Source: Ferruginibacter sp. (GTDB lineage Bacteria; Bacteroidota; Bacteroidia; Chitinophagales; Chitinophagaceae). Taken from it: a DNA stretch of 53,206 bases. Both the position numbers and the translations under genes were made by a program. Below, one piece after another: positions 37,967-47,703 of this stretch. Numbering within the stretch: position 1 is the stretch's first letter; the number at the start of each line of letters is the position of its first letter. The stretch is taken from contig JAVHOI010000121.1 in NCBI GenBank assembly GCA_036169975.1, positions 1-53,206 of the forward strand. The letters are read 5' to 3'. The notes beneath the pieces were generated by a model that had not been told where the DNA came from, did no database searches, and saw only the letters and a program-made list of their open reading frames with translations.

Positions 37967-38953
37967 ATGCAATTTAGAAAACTTGGGAAAACCGGAATTA
38001 CTGTATCCGCTATAAGTATCGGTACCTGGCAGGTAGGGGGTAAATGGGGTGCTGAATTTAGTGATATCAATGCAAACAGCATTTTAAATAAAGCTGTTGA
38101 CGAAGGTGTTAATTTTATAGACACTGCAGATGTATATAGCAATGGCGAAAGTGAAAAAGCTGTAGGAAGATTAGTACATACCCGGAAAGAAAAAATTTAT
38201 GTGGCAACCAAATGCGGCAGGCAGTTATCGCCTCATGTAAATGAAGCCTACCAAGTGCGCATATTGAGAAAGTTCATTGAATCAAGTTTATCCAACATGG
38301 GATTAGAAACCATTGATCTGATTCAACTGCATTGCCCGCCATCCGCGGTTTACTACAGGCCGGAAATATTTGAATTATTTGAACGGTTAAAAGAAGAAGG
38401 CAAAATACAAAACCTGGGTGTAAGTGTTGAAAGAGTTGAAGAGGCATTAAAGGCTATTGAATATGAGAATGTATCTACCGTGCAAATTATTTTCAATATG
38501 TTCAGGCAAAGGCCCGCGGAATTATTTTTTAAAGAGGCAAAGAAAAAAAATATTGGCATTATTGCCAGGGTGCCGCTTGCAAGTGGGTTGCTAACGGGAA
38601 AATTTACAGCCAGCTCCGCATTTAATGAAGGTGACCACAGAAGGTTTAACCGAAATGGCGAAGCATTTGATAAAGGTGAAACGTTTTCAGGTATTGATTA
38701 TAAAACCGGGCTTGCGGCTGTAGAAGCTATAAAGCAAATTTTTCCGGAACAAATCAATCTTGCGCCAATTGCTTTAAAATGGATATTACAGTTTGATGAG
38801 GTAAGTTGTATTATACCCGGTGCATCTGATATTATTCAGGTTGATTCAAATATCAGTGCATTTAATATTCCTGATTTTACAGAGGCACAATTATATGCGG
38901 TACAGCAGGTTTATGAAAAGTATATAAAAAAATCTGTACACCAATTATGGTAA
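37967..38953 (+). CDS. Aldo/keto reductase
   Basis: RKLGKTG, FIDTADVY, VATK, DLIQLH, VPLASGLLTGK, IIPGA. Confidence 0.93.
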   Translation: MQFRKLGKTGITVSAISIGTWQVGGKWGAEFSDINANSILNKAVDEGVNFIDTADVYSNGESEKAVGRLVHTRKEKIYVATKCGRQLSPHVNEAYQVRILRKFIESSLSNMGLETIDLIQLHCPPSAVYYRPEIFELFERLKEEGKIQNLGVSVERVEEALKAIEYENVSTVQIIFNMFRQRPAELFFKEAKKKNIGIIARVPLASGLLTGKFTASSAFNEGDHRRFNRNGEAFDKGETFSGIDYKTGLAAVEAIKQIFPEQINLAPIALKWILQFDEVSCIIPGASDIIQVDSNISAFNIPDFTEAQLYAVQQVYEKYIKKSVHQLW

Positions 38954-39472
38954 AAACAAATATGATTGCTCAGAAAAATAATCTTTAAACGCTTCACCAA
39001 ATTTATTTACCGGCTAAATTTATTTTGACTTGGACTATAAAGCCATTTCTGCACAATAACCAAATCAATGGTATTTTGTTGTCTAAACCAATGATGGTTT
39101 TTCTTATTTTACAATATTGCTGCATTAGTGTGGGGAATATAATGAAGCGGGTAACATGTTTGCAAAAGGATGATCAATATTTGTTAAATGAAAAAATAAC
39201 GAATACGCTCTATCTGTATAGCAGGTGGATTGATTTTACTGAATGCTTTCAGGGTAATTTTTTTTGTTGGCCGCCTTCAAATCATTGTATTACTTCATTT
39301 GCTGAAATTAAATGCAGTACTTTAATCATGATATTGTTATGCAGTTGATTTTTGAAAAGTTTAATTGATGTGCCGGATTGATTATAAAAAATTAAACCTC
39401 TGGATTTGAAGTTTTTTTTATTTAAAATCATGAATAGCCAGCCGCGTAACCATTGAGAGCAAACATTTTACA

Positions 39473-40501
39473 TTACAATGAATTCCTGAGCGTTAAATAA
39501 AACCTGGCTTCAATATGTTCTGTTGATCTGGATAGAATGAGTTCCGCGGCTTTTTCACCCATCATTTTAAAATCGGTTGAAATAGTGGTAATGCCATTCA
39601 GTATTATTTTTTTTATGGCGGTTTCATTGTAAGATATAACACCTACATCCTTACCTAACTCTAAATTTTGATCTACTATTTTTTCTATGAGTGTTACCAG
39701 GTCGGCTTCCATCAGGCTGATATATACTTCACCTTTGTTAATCACCTCTTTGCCGATATTATGTACTATTTTATAATTGAAGGCATATTCCTGGCAAAAT
39801 TTACAAAAGCCTGAAGTGATTTCAATTGGATGATAGGTATATTCAGGCAGAATGATGTTTAGGGTACTATACTTGCTTAATTGAGGAAGCGCCTCTTCCA
39901 ATGCATGATAAATATCCTTTTCAAAATTTTCATAGATAGCGCCATAATCACCCGTAACTCCCGGAAGTAGTTTATCAAGTAATATCAGTTTGTCTTTTGG
40001 TATTGTATTAATAATTTTATCAGCATGTTCCGTTCCTTCCATAAAATGTGGAATGATGACAAAATAGTTATAATCTTCTTTTGAATTTAGCAATAGTTTC
40101 TTAAACAATGAAAAGTTGTTGTTGTAAATATAAAAGTCAATAGTTGCGGCATCACCTAAAGTGCTTACAAATGAATCATAAATAATTTTTTTATGTGCAC
40201 TCAGTTTGTTGAAAAGCAGAAAAACTTTTACCTTTCTTTCTATATTATTGCTTTTTATGTAATATCCTTTTCCCGGCACAGAACCAATGATGCCCGTTTT
40301 CTTTAAGTACCTGTATCCTTTTTCAGCAGTATCTCTTGAAATTTCAAATTCAAAACTTAATTCGTTTATTGAAGGAAGCAGATCATCTAATTGTAGCTTA
40401 TTTGTTTCTATAGCTTTTATTATACAATTGGCGAGTTGCTGATACTTTGGTGTAGCAGAAAATTCATCAATATAGATGAGTTTGTTAAAGGGAGACATCA
40501 T
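39473..40501 (-). CDS. GntR-HTH regulator with C-terminal sugar-binding (LacI/PBP-like) domain
   Basis: PKYQQL...LPSINELS....SRDTAEKGY...GKGYY HTH; GKDVGVISYNE...ITTISTDF C-terminus. Confidence 0.88.
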   Translation of the reverse strand: MMSPFNKLIYIDEFSATPKYQQLANCIIKAIETNKLQLDDLLPSINELSFEFEISRDTAEKGYRYLKKTGIIGSVPGKGYYIKSNNIERKVKVFLLFNKLSAHKKIIYDSFVSTLGDAATIDFYIYNNNFSLFKKLLLNSKEDYNYFVIIPHFMEGTEHADKIINTIPKDKLILLDKLLPGVTGDYGAIYENFEKDIYHALEEALPQLSKYSTLNIILPEYTYHPIEITSGFCKFCQEYAFNYKIVHNIGKEVINKGEVYISLMEADLVTLIEKIVDQNLELGKDVGVISYNETAIKKIILNGITTISTDFKMMGEKAAELILSRSTEHIEARFYLTLRNSL

Positions 40502-40747
40502 ATAGAATCGAATTGTGAACGCTTAATTTTTTAGTGCCTGATCAAAAATAACTATTTAAACCGTAAACAATTTGTTGAAGCTTTAATTTTATACCTTATC
40601 CCGCTGCATGAAAAATGATAATAAAGCTTAAATAGAAATACCCACCCGGTTATTTTGAAAGACTTAACTGGTTTTACTTATGTTTAAAGATATAGGTAAT
40701 ATAATCAGGGTACTTCATTTGCTCACCCGGTTATGAGGAATGGCAGT

Positions 40748-40782
40748 AAAAAAAAATACTATTTGCCTAAACAAATAGTATT
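40748..40782 (-). terminator. Intrinsic terminator downstream of the UpxY gene
   Basis: AATACTATTTG-CCTAAA-CAAATAGTATT with an A run on the plus strand (U tract on minus). Confidence 0.6.
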
Positions 40783-40997
40783 CAATTTTATCCAATAATT
40801 TGTAATTGGAAAACAGGTTTCTCTATGATAATTGTTAAAACGGAAATGGATCCAATAATAATTAATTCCTGGTTTAAAGTCGTTTGCTTAGTAAATTTTT
40901 ATTCCCTTGTTCCAATTCAACTGAGTAAACTTCATTCGGTTGCAAATCCTTACTTTAAGTTAAGGAAAAAATCGCATTTAGCAGATGAAACCTGGCG

Positions 40998-41549
40998 CTA
41001 ATTTGAGAAAAAAGAATTTAATCTTTTAGGAAAAAAACCTGCCTGTGCCAATTCATTATGTAATATTTCTTCTGTTACATTATCACGCTCAGCTATCATT
41101 GTATATCCAAGCGATGGCAATACAATCTTAAGTGTTTGAAACTTTACCGATGCTGAATTTTCCTTGAATGAAATAACCGGCTCATCAATTATTCGAACAG
41201 TATCAAACATATTAACGGCTGATTTTTCCAATTTAATATTGTGATAAGCCGAAGTTAATTGCTTTACTGCTTCTATTTCTTCCACTTTGATAATCGCAGG
41301 CTTGGACTTCCAATAAAGAAAGTTGACCATTCCGGAAATATTCCTTACCGATTGCATCTCAGATTCGGTGATATAAACGAAAATGTAAGAACTAAATAAT
41401 GCTTCCTTACAAGTCTTTTTATTATTGGCATTTAATCCAATAAGATTATTTAGCGGTAAATAGGTTTCAATCCCTTTTTTAGTGAGTATTGAAGCTACTT
41501 TTTTTTCCCGTTGAGGGCGTGTGTAAACTGCATACCAATTGTGTTTCAT
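40998..41549 (-). CDS. UpxY/NusG-family transcription antiterminator
   Basis: NWYAVYTRPQREKKV, ETYLPL, LFSSYIFV and PAII..EEIEAVK NGN motifs; ATG at 41549 preferred as start. Confidence 0.85.
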   Translation of the reverse strand: MKHNWYAVYTRPQREKKVASILTKKGIETYLPLNNLIGLNANNKKTCKEALFSSYIFVYITESEMQSVRNISGMVNFLYWKSKPAIIKVEEIEAVKQLTSAYHNIKLEKSAVNMFDTVRIIDEPVISFKENSASVKFQTLKIVLPSLGYTMIAERDNVTEEILHNELAQAGFFPKRLNSFFSN

Positions 41550-41684
41550 TCCTGTGGTGTTTTGGTTTGTAAACAATACAGCTCTTCACTATATTAGATA
41601 TATAGCTTTTTCAGGGAAATTTGGTTGTGTAAAATTGGAGGTATGGTAAACGAAGGGATATTTGATTCTTTTACTGTGGTGAGA

Positions 41685-41714
41685 CAAATGTACAATGCAA
41701 AAATGAAAAACAAA
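41685..41714 (-). promoter_or_regulatory. Promoter for the UpxY gene
   Basis: TTTG (-33) and TACATTTG (-7) on the minus strand, 18-nt spacer. Confidence 0.5.
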
Positions 41715-41946
41715 AAAAAATATTATTTTTTATTTTTCCAATGGAAAAGAATAATATTATTTGGGCTATAGAACCCTTACTGCACCTACATATCACTGTT
41801 ATAAATTTAAAAATAATTTCTTGAAAATAAAATAAAAACAAGCGGAATTGAATCAAAATTTAATTAAAATCATTGAATGCGGAGAAAAGCATCCATTCGT
41901 TTTTAAAGCAGTTTGAATCAAAAACAATGATTATACTGCCAGCAAC

Positions 41947-42088
41947 ATAAATTTGTGCAGTGTGTTCCGATTAATAGATATTCAAATATTCAATGGAGTC
42001 CCGATTAAAATACGGGATAGACTGTCGCCACTAATGCCCAATCAGGGTGTTGAAGCTGGTTTCACAAAAAAACACTGCACATTTTTAT
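41947..42088. repeat. 20-bp imperfect inverted repeat enclosing about 100 bp
   Basis: ATAAATTTGTGCAGTGTGTT (41947-41966) vs AAAACACTGCACATTTTTAT (42069-42088), 17/20 complementary. Confidence 0.55.
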
Positions 42089-42305
42089 CCTGCGTGGAGT
42101 ATAGAATAAAGTGCTGCCAATAAATCAAATCATTTATTACTGAATTGTCAAATTGCATGCTATCTTAAAGTTTTTATAAGGCGGTAACACCTCTGTCTTC
42201 TAAATTGGAATTTATTAGGTCTGTTTGCGATAACGTGCGTCAACGATGGGAGGAAAATCCAAAATCTCCATCATTAATATTGATCCTTAAATGAGTAAAT
42301 GATAA

Positions 42306-42403
42306 ATAGCATGACATAGGTAACACTTTTTTGACCTAAACTTTTCGACTATATTTTTTAACAGTAAAATGACTATAAAAAATTGTTGCCTATGTTGTGC
42401 TAT
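42306..42403. repeat. 27-bp imperfect inverted repeat with 44-nt spacer
   Basis: ATAGCATGACATAGGTAACACTTTTTT vs AAAAAATTGTTGCCTATGTTGTGCTAT, 23/27 Watson-Crick. Confidence 0.65.
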
Positions 42404-42419
42404 ACGACAAGTAAAGATT

Positions 42420-42945
42420 ATTCAGTGTAACAAAATCCATTATACCAGCCTGGTTCAATTGCTAAGTAAATAACCATTTACCCCAACAATTGAGTTTCGA
42501 AACACGGCGTCAAAAGCGATAGAAATGGTTTTACCTAAATCAGTTTTCGGAACCGAAAATGGTTTTCTATACTAACCAATACTCGCCTCCTGAAAGTTGC
42601 GGCCAATAGCTTTAAACCCATGACTCAAACTTGCTTTACTGTCAAAATCAGGTTCTACTGCCCCCGGTCATGCGGCAGATTTTTTTTCGCCAGGAGCGGT
42701 CATCAAAATTTTGTGCTGCGTCGCCATCACTATAAGCCTCTTTTGCAAAGCAGGAGAATACCCAATGCCGTTATTGAAGTCTTTTTTAGTATCAAAAAGA
42801 TGCCCGAATGTGAAACGTCGGTTATCATCCAAGAGTATATGCTGCCGCACTGAAGATGTTAATTGCGTTTGAGAAAAAGCAAGAGAGCCAGATGATAAAA
42901 ATATAATGATGCTGTAAAGGATATTTTTTTGTTTTGATAAATCAT
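42420..42945 (-). pseudogene. Truncated, multiply frameshifted GH2 beta-galactosidase (N-terminal sugar-binding domain)
   Basis: Joining frames by hand gives a signal peptide, then RQHILLDDNRRFTFGHLFDTKKDFNNGIGY / FAKEAYSDGDAAQNFDDRSWRK / LPHD / AVEPDFDSKASLSHGFKAIGRNFQEASIG*YRKPFSVPKTDLGKTISIAFDAVFRNSIVGVNG, matching GH2 FDD..W...LPHDW, GWYRK and FDGV...VWVNG motifs. Confidence 0.82.
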
Positions 42946-43123
42946 TTTAAATATTTATTTAGAATACTGGGTGAAAACCGGATCTTTTACCAAAGGTTTT
43001 GATTTTTTATTTTACAACAAATCTATTTTAAGCAGGTAGCTTTTAGTAAGATATAAAAACCTAGTTATTTTATTTTCATCAAAAAAAATAGCTGTCTTTT
43101 TTTCTTAAGAAATATTCAAATTT

Positions 43124-43171
43124 AAAACATCCACCAACCCAATAAAAATATTGAGCCGGTGGATGCTTTTT
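43124..43171. terminator. Bidirectional terminator at the end of the PUL
   Basis: AAAA-CATCCACC...GGTGGATG-CTTTTT. Confidence 0.65.
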
Positions 43172-43196
43172 GGTACTTACCTGTTTAATAAAAGTG

Positions 43197-44744
43197 CTAT
43201 CTTAATCCTACATGATCAACATATACCACACCTGAAAACCCTGCAGATTGAAGAACAATTTCTTTTAAAGGATTTGGGCTTCCAAGAGCTGATAAATTCA
43301 GGCTGTACGTAGTCCATTCTCCGCCTACGATGGTTACTGGATATGCACTACCCCAACCACCATTGATTACCACATTTAATTTTTTACCGGCTGTAGCGAG
43401 CATGCCAAATACGGAAAATTCAAGTTTAGTATAACTTCCTGTGGCAGGTCCTCCATCATTGTGAAAGGTGATACCTTCGTAGCCACCAACACCATAAGTA
43501 ACTTTAATTGATTTATTGCCCTGGCGAACATTTTCGGTACTGTTGAAATCCCTTGTTGCCCATGACCAATCCTGAAACCCATTTTGTAAAGCATCGGTAT
43601 ATATGGCATAAGGAAAATCAGCCAATGGCGGAAGGCCGCCAATAAAATCTAACACCTGTGTTGATTCTACAGTGAGCGTGGAATTGGCTACCGATAATAT
43701 TATTTTTCCTTTTAGTGCACCAGCCGGAGCTTTTACTACAATTTGAGTAGCGGACTGGCTTACGAAGGCAGTGACTGGCGCAACAATCCCTGTGAAGGAC
43801 ACGCCGGTTACAAGGTTAAGATTAGTACCTGTAATGGTAAGGTTACCTTCCTGTGCAATAGGGTTGGGGGCAAGTGCCGTAACGGCGGGCAAGCTCAATA
43901 CTAAATCCTGTGTTGATTGTGTTTTAACCTGTGAAGCCGCAATCAAGGTTATTTTTCCCATACTTGCTGCTGCAGGAACCTTCACTACAATTTGTGTAGC
44001 AGACTGGCTTACAAATAAAGTAACAGGTGTGGCCTGACCCTGAAATAATAAGCCAGTTGCCAGGTCGAGATCTGTTCCGGTAAGGGTGAGGTTAGCAGCA
44101 TGCAATACCGGATTAGGAGTCATACCGGTTATCATTGGCAATGTAACATTCAGGGTGCTATCAGTTTCTATTACCAGGGGTTTTGTTCCAGTGGTTGACA
44201 GAAATAGTGTTCCGCTTTGGGCTGTTAAAGGTACTTTTACTACCAGTTCGGTTAATGATTGACTTACAAAAGTTGTTTCCGCTAAATTTTTGGCAAATGT
44301 TACAACTTTTACCCAATTCATAAACTGTCCTTTGATGGTAATGTTTTCACCAGGACGGGCTTTTGAAGTGATGGAAGTGATTATTACCGGGACCAGAAAA
44401 TTAATTTTAGTTTTGGATTTGATATCCCCATCCGGCGTTTTCAATGTTACATATCCTTCCTGTGTGGATTGAGGAACAATGATTAAAATCAACTCGGCAG
44501 TTTTAGAAATAAATGCTGAAGCCGGAACGATGGCTCCTGTCAAATCAATTTCGGTAACCTTATCCAGGTTGTTTCCAAAAAAACGGAGGGTATCTCCATG
44601 TTTGGCCCCTGTAGGACCAAAATTTAATAATTCCACTTTGCCCGAATTCGCAACAGTGTTTTTTTTACAGGAGGTCAATTGCCCGATAGCCAATACAAAG
44701 CACATCAGATAAAGTAATGGTTTATTAAATATTATTTTTGTCAT
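43197..44744 (-). CDS. PUL surface lipoprotein with 4 IPT/TIG-like repeats and a C-terminal CBM-like domain
   Basis: Lipobox LTSC-KK; repeated FVSQSATQIVVK units; IYTDALQNGFQDWSW...VYVDHV beta-sandwich. Confidence 0.8.
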   Translation of the reverse strand: MTKIIFNKPLLYLMCFVLAIGQLTSCKKNTVANSGKVELLNFGPTGAKHGDTLRFFGNNLDKVTEIDLTGAIVPASAFISKTAELILIIVPQSTQEGYVTLKTPDGDIKSKTKINFLVPVIITSITSKARPGENITIKGQFMNWVKVVTFAKNLAETTFVSQSLTELVVKVPLTAQSGTLFLSTTGTKPLVIETDSTLNVTLPMITGMTPNPVLHAANLTLTGTDLDLATGLLFQGQATPVTLFVSQSATQIVVKVPAAASMGKITLIAASQVKTQSTQDLVLSLPAVTALAPNPIAQEGNLTITGTNLNLVTGVSFTGIVAPVTAFVSQSATQIVVKAPAGALKGKIILSVANSTLTVESTQVLDFIGGLPPLADFPYAIYTDALQNGFQDWSWATRDFNSTENVRQGNKSIKVTYGVGGYEGITFHNDGGPATGSYTKLEFSVFGMLATAGKKLNVVINGGWGSAYPVTIVGGEWTTYSLNLSALGSPNPLKEIVLQSAGFSGVVYVDHVGLR

Positions 44745-44786
44745 TGTGTTTATTTTTATAGTGTAACAACTTTGAAATCTGGTGCC

Positions 44787-45935
44787 TTACTTCTTGATAA
44801 ATTTTGGAACAACCCTGAAATTATCAAAAGACATATCACAATCAAGCGCACCATCTCCATGAAATAACAACCTGCACCAATATCCGGTTGAGCTTAAAAC
44901 AAGTGGGGCTCCATAGCTGGCTGCCACTTCTTCAAATGGAATTACTATTGTTTGCCATTTTCCTTTTGTATCGTAGGGTGGTTTCCATTGATATGCATTG
45001 TTATTTTCTGCCAGTAAGCCAACATTAATTTTCAGTACATTGGCGTTGTATGGTTTCATGGTATTCAATTCAAATTTTAGATTGTAATCAGCCGGTTTTA
45101 AGATAGCTTCATCCGGTACATTCTTGCTGATAGCACCCATGGCACTAGCAGGTCCGCCTGCTACTTCTGTCCACTGCCATCCGCCAATTTCTTTTTTAAC
45201 CCTGATATAATTTCCATTGATTGAAGGAGGGTCTCCGGCACCCGGATTGCTAACTACAAAAGATGCATTCCACCAACCGGTAAACGGATCGCTGCTAATA
45301 AATATATTGCGGTTATCCCTAAACCAAAAATCAGATTTAGTTTCACCAAAATTTGTTTTAACGGTAACTTGTCCGGGCTGTACACCGACGGGTATCCTCA
45401 CTTCGATAATCTTATCCTTTACCGTTACCAGTTCTCCAACTACGCCACCAGCAAAGGTTACAGTAAGCGGCATGTAAAAGAAGTCACCTCTTATAGTAGC
45501 AACATCCCCCGTAAGCACATACTCACTTGCCATGCCGGTTACAACAGGTTCGCTTATCTGAACCTTGAAATCGTATAACAAGGAATCGCCACTGGAAAAA
45601 TAAATCTTTAGTTTATTGGTGATGGTTAAAGGAATTGGTGTAGGAACACTTACCAGGATGGAATTATTGGTAATATAGGTTGACGTTAAATTAGCACGTT
45701 GATCATTAAACCAAATATCTACTGCATTCTGAAGATTTTCTCCAACGATTGCTATTAACTGTCCCTGGTGGGCAGCTACCAATAATGAATCGGAAGATTC
45801 AGGGCTGGTTATCCGCACATATTTAATTCGTGGCACACCATTGTTCGGAAGGCTGTCTTTCTTACAGGATGCAAACATACCAATCATGGCTATCGCCATC
45901 ATCAGTAATAATCCATTTATATATTTTGCTTTCAT
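44787..45935 (-). CDS. Surface glycan-binding lipoprotein (SGBP-B-like)
   Basis: Lipobox FASC-KKD; Ig-like domains; Trp-rich C-terminal domain ending FDNFRVVP; directly after susD. Confidence 0.8.
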   Translation of the reverse strand: MKAKYINGLLLMMAIAMIGMFASCKKDSLPNNGVPRIKYVRITSPESSDSLLVAAHQGQLIAIVGENLQNAVDIWFNDQRANLTSTYITNNSILVSVPTPIPLTITNKLKIYFSSGDSLLYDFKVQISEPVVTGMASEYVLTGDVATIRGDFFYMPLTVTFAGGVVGELVTVKDKIIEVRIPVGVQPGQVTVKTNFGETKSDFWFRDNRNIFISSDPFTGWWNASFVVSNPGAGDPPSINGNYIRVKKEIGGWQWTEVAGGPASAMGAISKNVPDEAILKPADYNLKFELNTMKPYNANVLKINVGLLAENNNAYQWKPPYDTKGKWQTIVIPFEEVAASYGAPLVLSSTGYWCRLLFHGDGALDCDMSFDNFRVVPKFIKK

Positions 45936-45971
45936 TTTATTTTAAATAAAGTGTATGAAATATGGTTTGGC

Positions 45972-47693
45972 TTATGGATAGTCCACAGCAGGTTTAGACA
46001 AGTTAGGAGCCTGGCTTTTTTCCTGTGCAGGTATTGGGAGTAAAAAGTTTCCTGAACTGGCATTTATTTTTCTGTTGGTTGTTGCCCAGGTTGTTTTCTT
46101 AATTGTCCAGAAGGTAGGGTTAGGAAAAGCATCCGGAGCGATATTATATAAACCCCTGTCCTGTGAATTTAAAATGGAATAAGCCTTTTGAGGATTGTAA
46201 TAATGAAGGCTTACCAAATCGTACCAACCCATTCCTTCCATGGCAAACTCGATAAATCTTTCTTTCAAAATAACATCCAGCGTAATCGGATGTGGAACAC
46301 CAGTAACAGGATCGGTAATTAAGTAAGGTGCTAAGCCACATCTGGTATGTACTTTATTGAAATATTCCAATGCTGTTGCATCACTTGTAGAAGTATTATT
46401 ACCAAGCGATGCTTCAGTATAAATAAGGTACATCTCCGCTAATCTTAACATGTAGGTATTATTAGGATAACGTTGTGCTTCAACAGTAAATCCCAAATCT
46501 TCAGACTTGCCAACTACGTATTTTTTTATACTTGCAAAATTTACATCACCAGCGTTATAAGGAAAAATCAATTTTTGATTTACCCCATTCAGTTTTTGTG
46601 TTATCTCAGGATAACTTGCGCCTGGTAACATAAACGTTGCTTTTAGTCTTTGGTCAAGTGTGCGGCCTTTTAACATGGTGTCACCAAATGCCTCCATACC
46701 ATCGTATTGACTAAGCATCCACCAGGTAGCGCCTTTATCGCCGCCCCATCCTTCAACACTGATATCGGGGCTGTAATTCAAATAAGATGGAGTGCTGTTT
46801 CCTACGCCATAACCAGGATTTCCAGGCAATGCCACCCATTGCAATTCAAATAAAGATTCAGCGCCATTGTCGTAAGGATATTTAAACAAGTCAGCATAAT
46901 TTGCTAATAAACTACGGCCACTATTAACTATTACCCGTTGTGCATAATATTTGGCACTATCTAAATAAACCTGATTTCTAACACCACCTGTAGATTCGAC
47001 CCCGGCTCTTGTCAGGTAAAAGCGGGCTAACATTCCTTCTGCACTCCATTTAGAAATCCTTCCGGTTGCGAGGGGCGTTTCAGGAAGGTCTGCCGCTACG
47101 GCACGCATTTCTCTTGTTATAAAACGCCAAACACTTTTTGAGGTGTTTTTATTAATGGAAGTATCATTCAATAAGGCGATATTATTTTCTATTATTGGCA
47201 CATCACCCCAATTCATCGTTAAATAACGATAAGCTACTGCTCTCATGAACCTTGCCTCAGCGATAGCTATTTTTTTTACCTGCGGTGAAACTGCCGGACC
47301 TGCATATTTGTTTATATTGAAAATAGTAAGGTTAGACTGACCTACCACAATAAAGAATGAACGCCAGGCAGCGCCATTTTCGCCTGTAACATCTGTTGTA
47401 TTAAATAGTACATTCCCCCGGTCATTGTAGGCCGAAAACGCTGTCCCTGCCCTAAAATCACCCAGGTTATAAGAGGCTTTGTCATTGTAATCGAACCATA
47501 CTTTGCTATACAACAAACTGGTAGCAGACAACACCTGTTCATCTGATTGATAAAAACTTGCATCAACTATTGAATCCGTTGGTGGCTTTTCCAAAAAATT
47601 CTTTTTACAGCCAGATGACAGAATCGCAATTGGAATAATAAATCCAAGCAAAAAAATCAGGCTGTTTCTTTTTATGTTCTTTATATTCTTCAT
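45972..47693 (-). CDS. susD: SusD/RagB family lipoprotein
   Basis: Lipobox SSGC-KK; AEARFMRA..Y, RLAEMYLIYTEA, ERFIEFAMEG..WYDL, LPIP. Confidence 0.93.
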   Translation of the reverse strand: MKNIKNIKRNSLIFLLGFIIPIAILSSGCKKNFLEKPPTDSIVDASFYQSDEQVLSATSLLYSKVWFDYNDKASYNLGDFRAGTAFSAYNDRGNVLFNTTDVTGENGAAWRSFFIVVGQSNLTIFNINKYAGPAVSPQVKKIAIAEARFMRAVAYRYLTMNWGDVPIIENNIALLNDTSINKNTSKSVWRFITREMRAVAADLPETPLATGRISKWSAEGMLARFYLTRAGVESTGGVRNQVYLDSAKYYAQRVIVNSGRSLLANYADLFKYPYDNGAESLFELQWVALPGNPGYGVGNSTPSYLNYSPDISVEGWGGDKGATWWMLSQYDGMEAFGDTMLKGRTLDQRLKATFMLPGASYPEITQKLNGVNQKLIFPYNAGDVNFASIKKYVVGKSEDLGFTVEAQRYPNNTYMLRLAEMYLIYTEASLGNNTSTSDATALEYFNKVHTRCGLAPYLITDPVTGVPHPITLDVILKERFIEFAMEGMGWYDLVSLHYYNPQKAYSILNSQDRGLYNIAPDAFPNPTFWTIKKTTWATTNRKINASSGNFLLPIPAQEKSQAPNLSKPAVDYP

Positions 47694-47703
47694 TTTCTGA
47701 TTT

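Noticed and set aside
39025-39348. 107-aa ORF with TTG start; likewise 36642-36902, 41671-41856 and 51099-51323
   Set aside because: No recognisable motifs and a composition typical of AT-rich non-coding DNA
42620-42853. Short ORFs 42620-42853 (+) and 42668-42850 (-) as independent genes
   Set aside because: The minus ORF is one frame of the GH2 pseudogene and the plus ORF is its shadow
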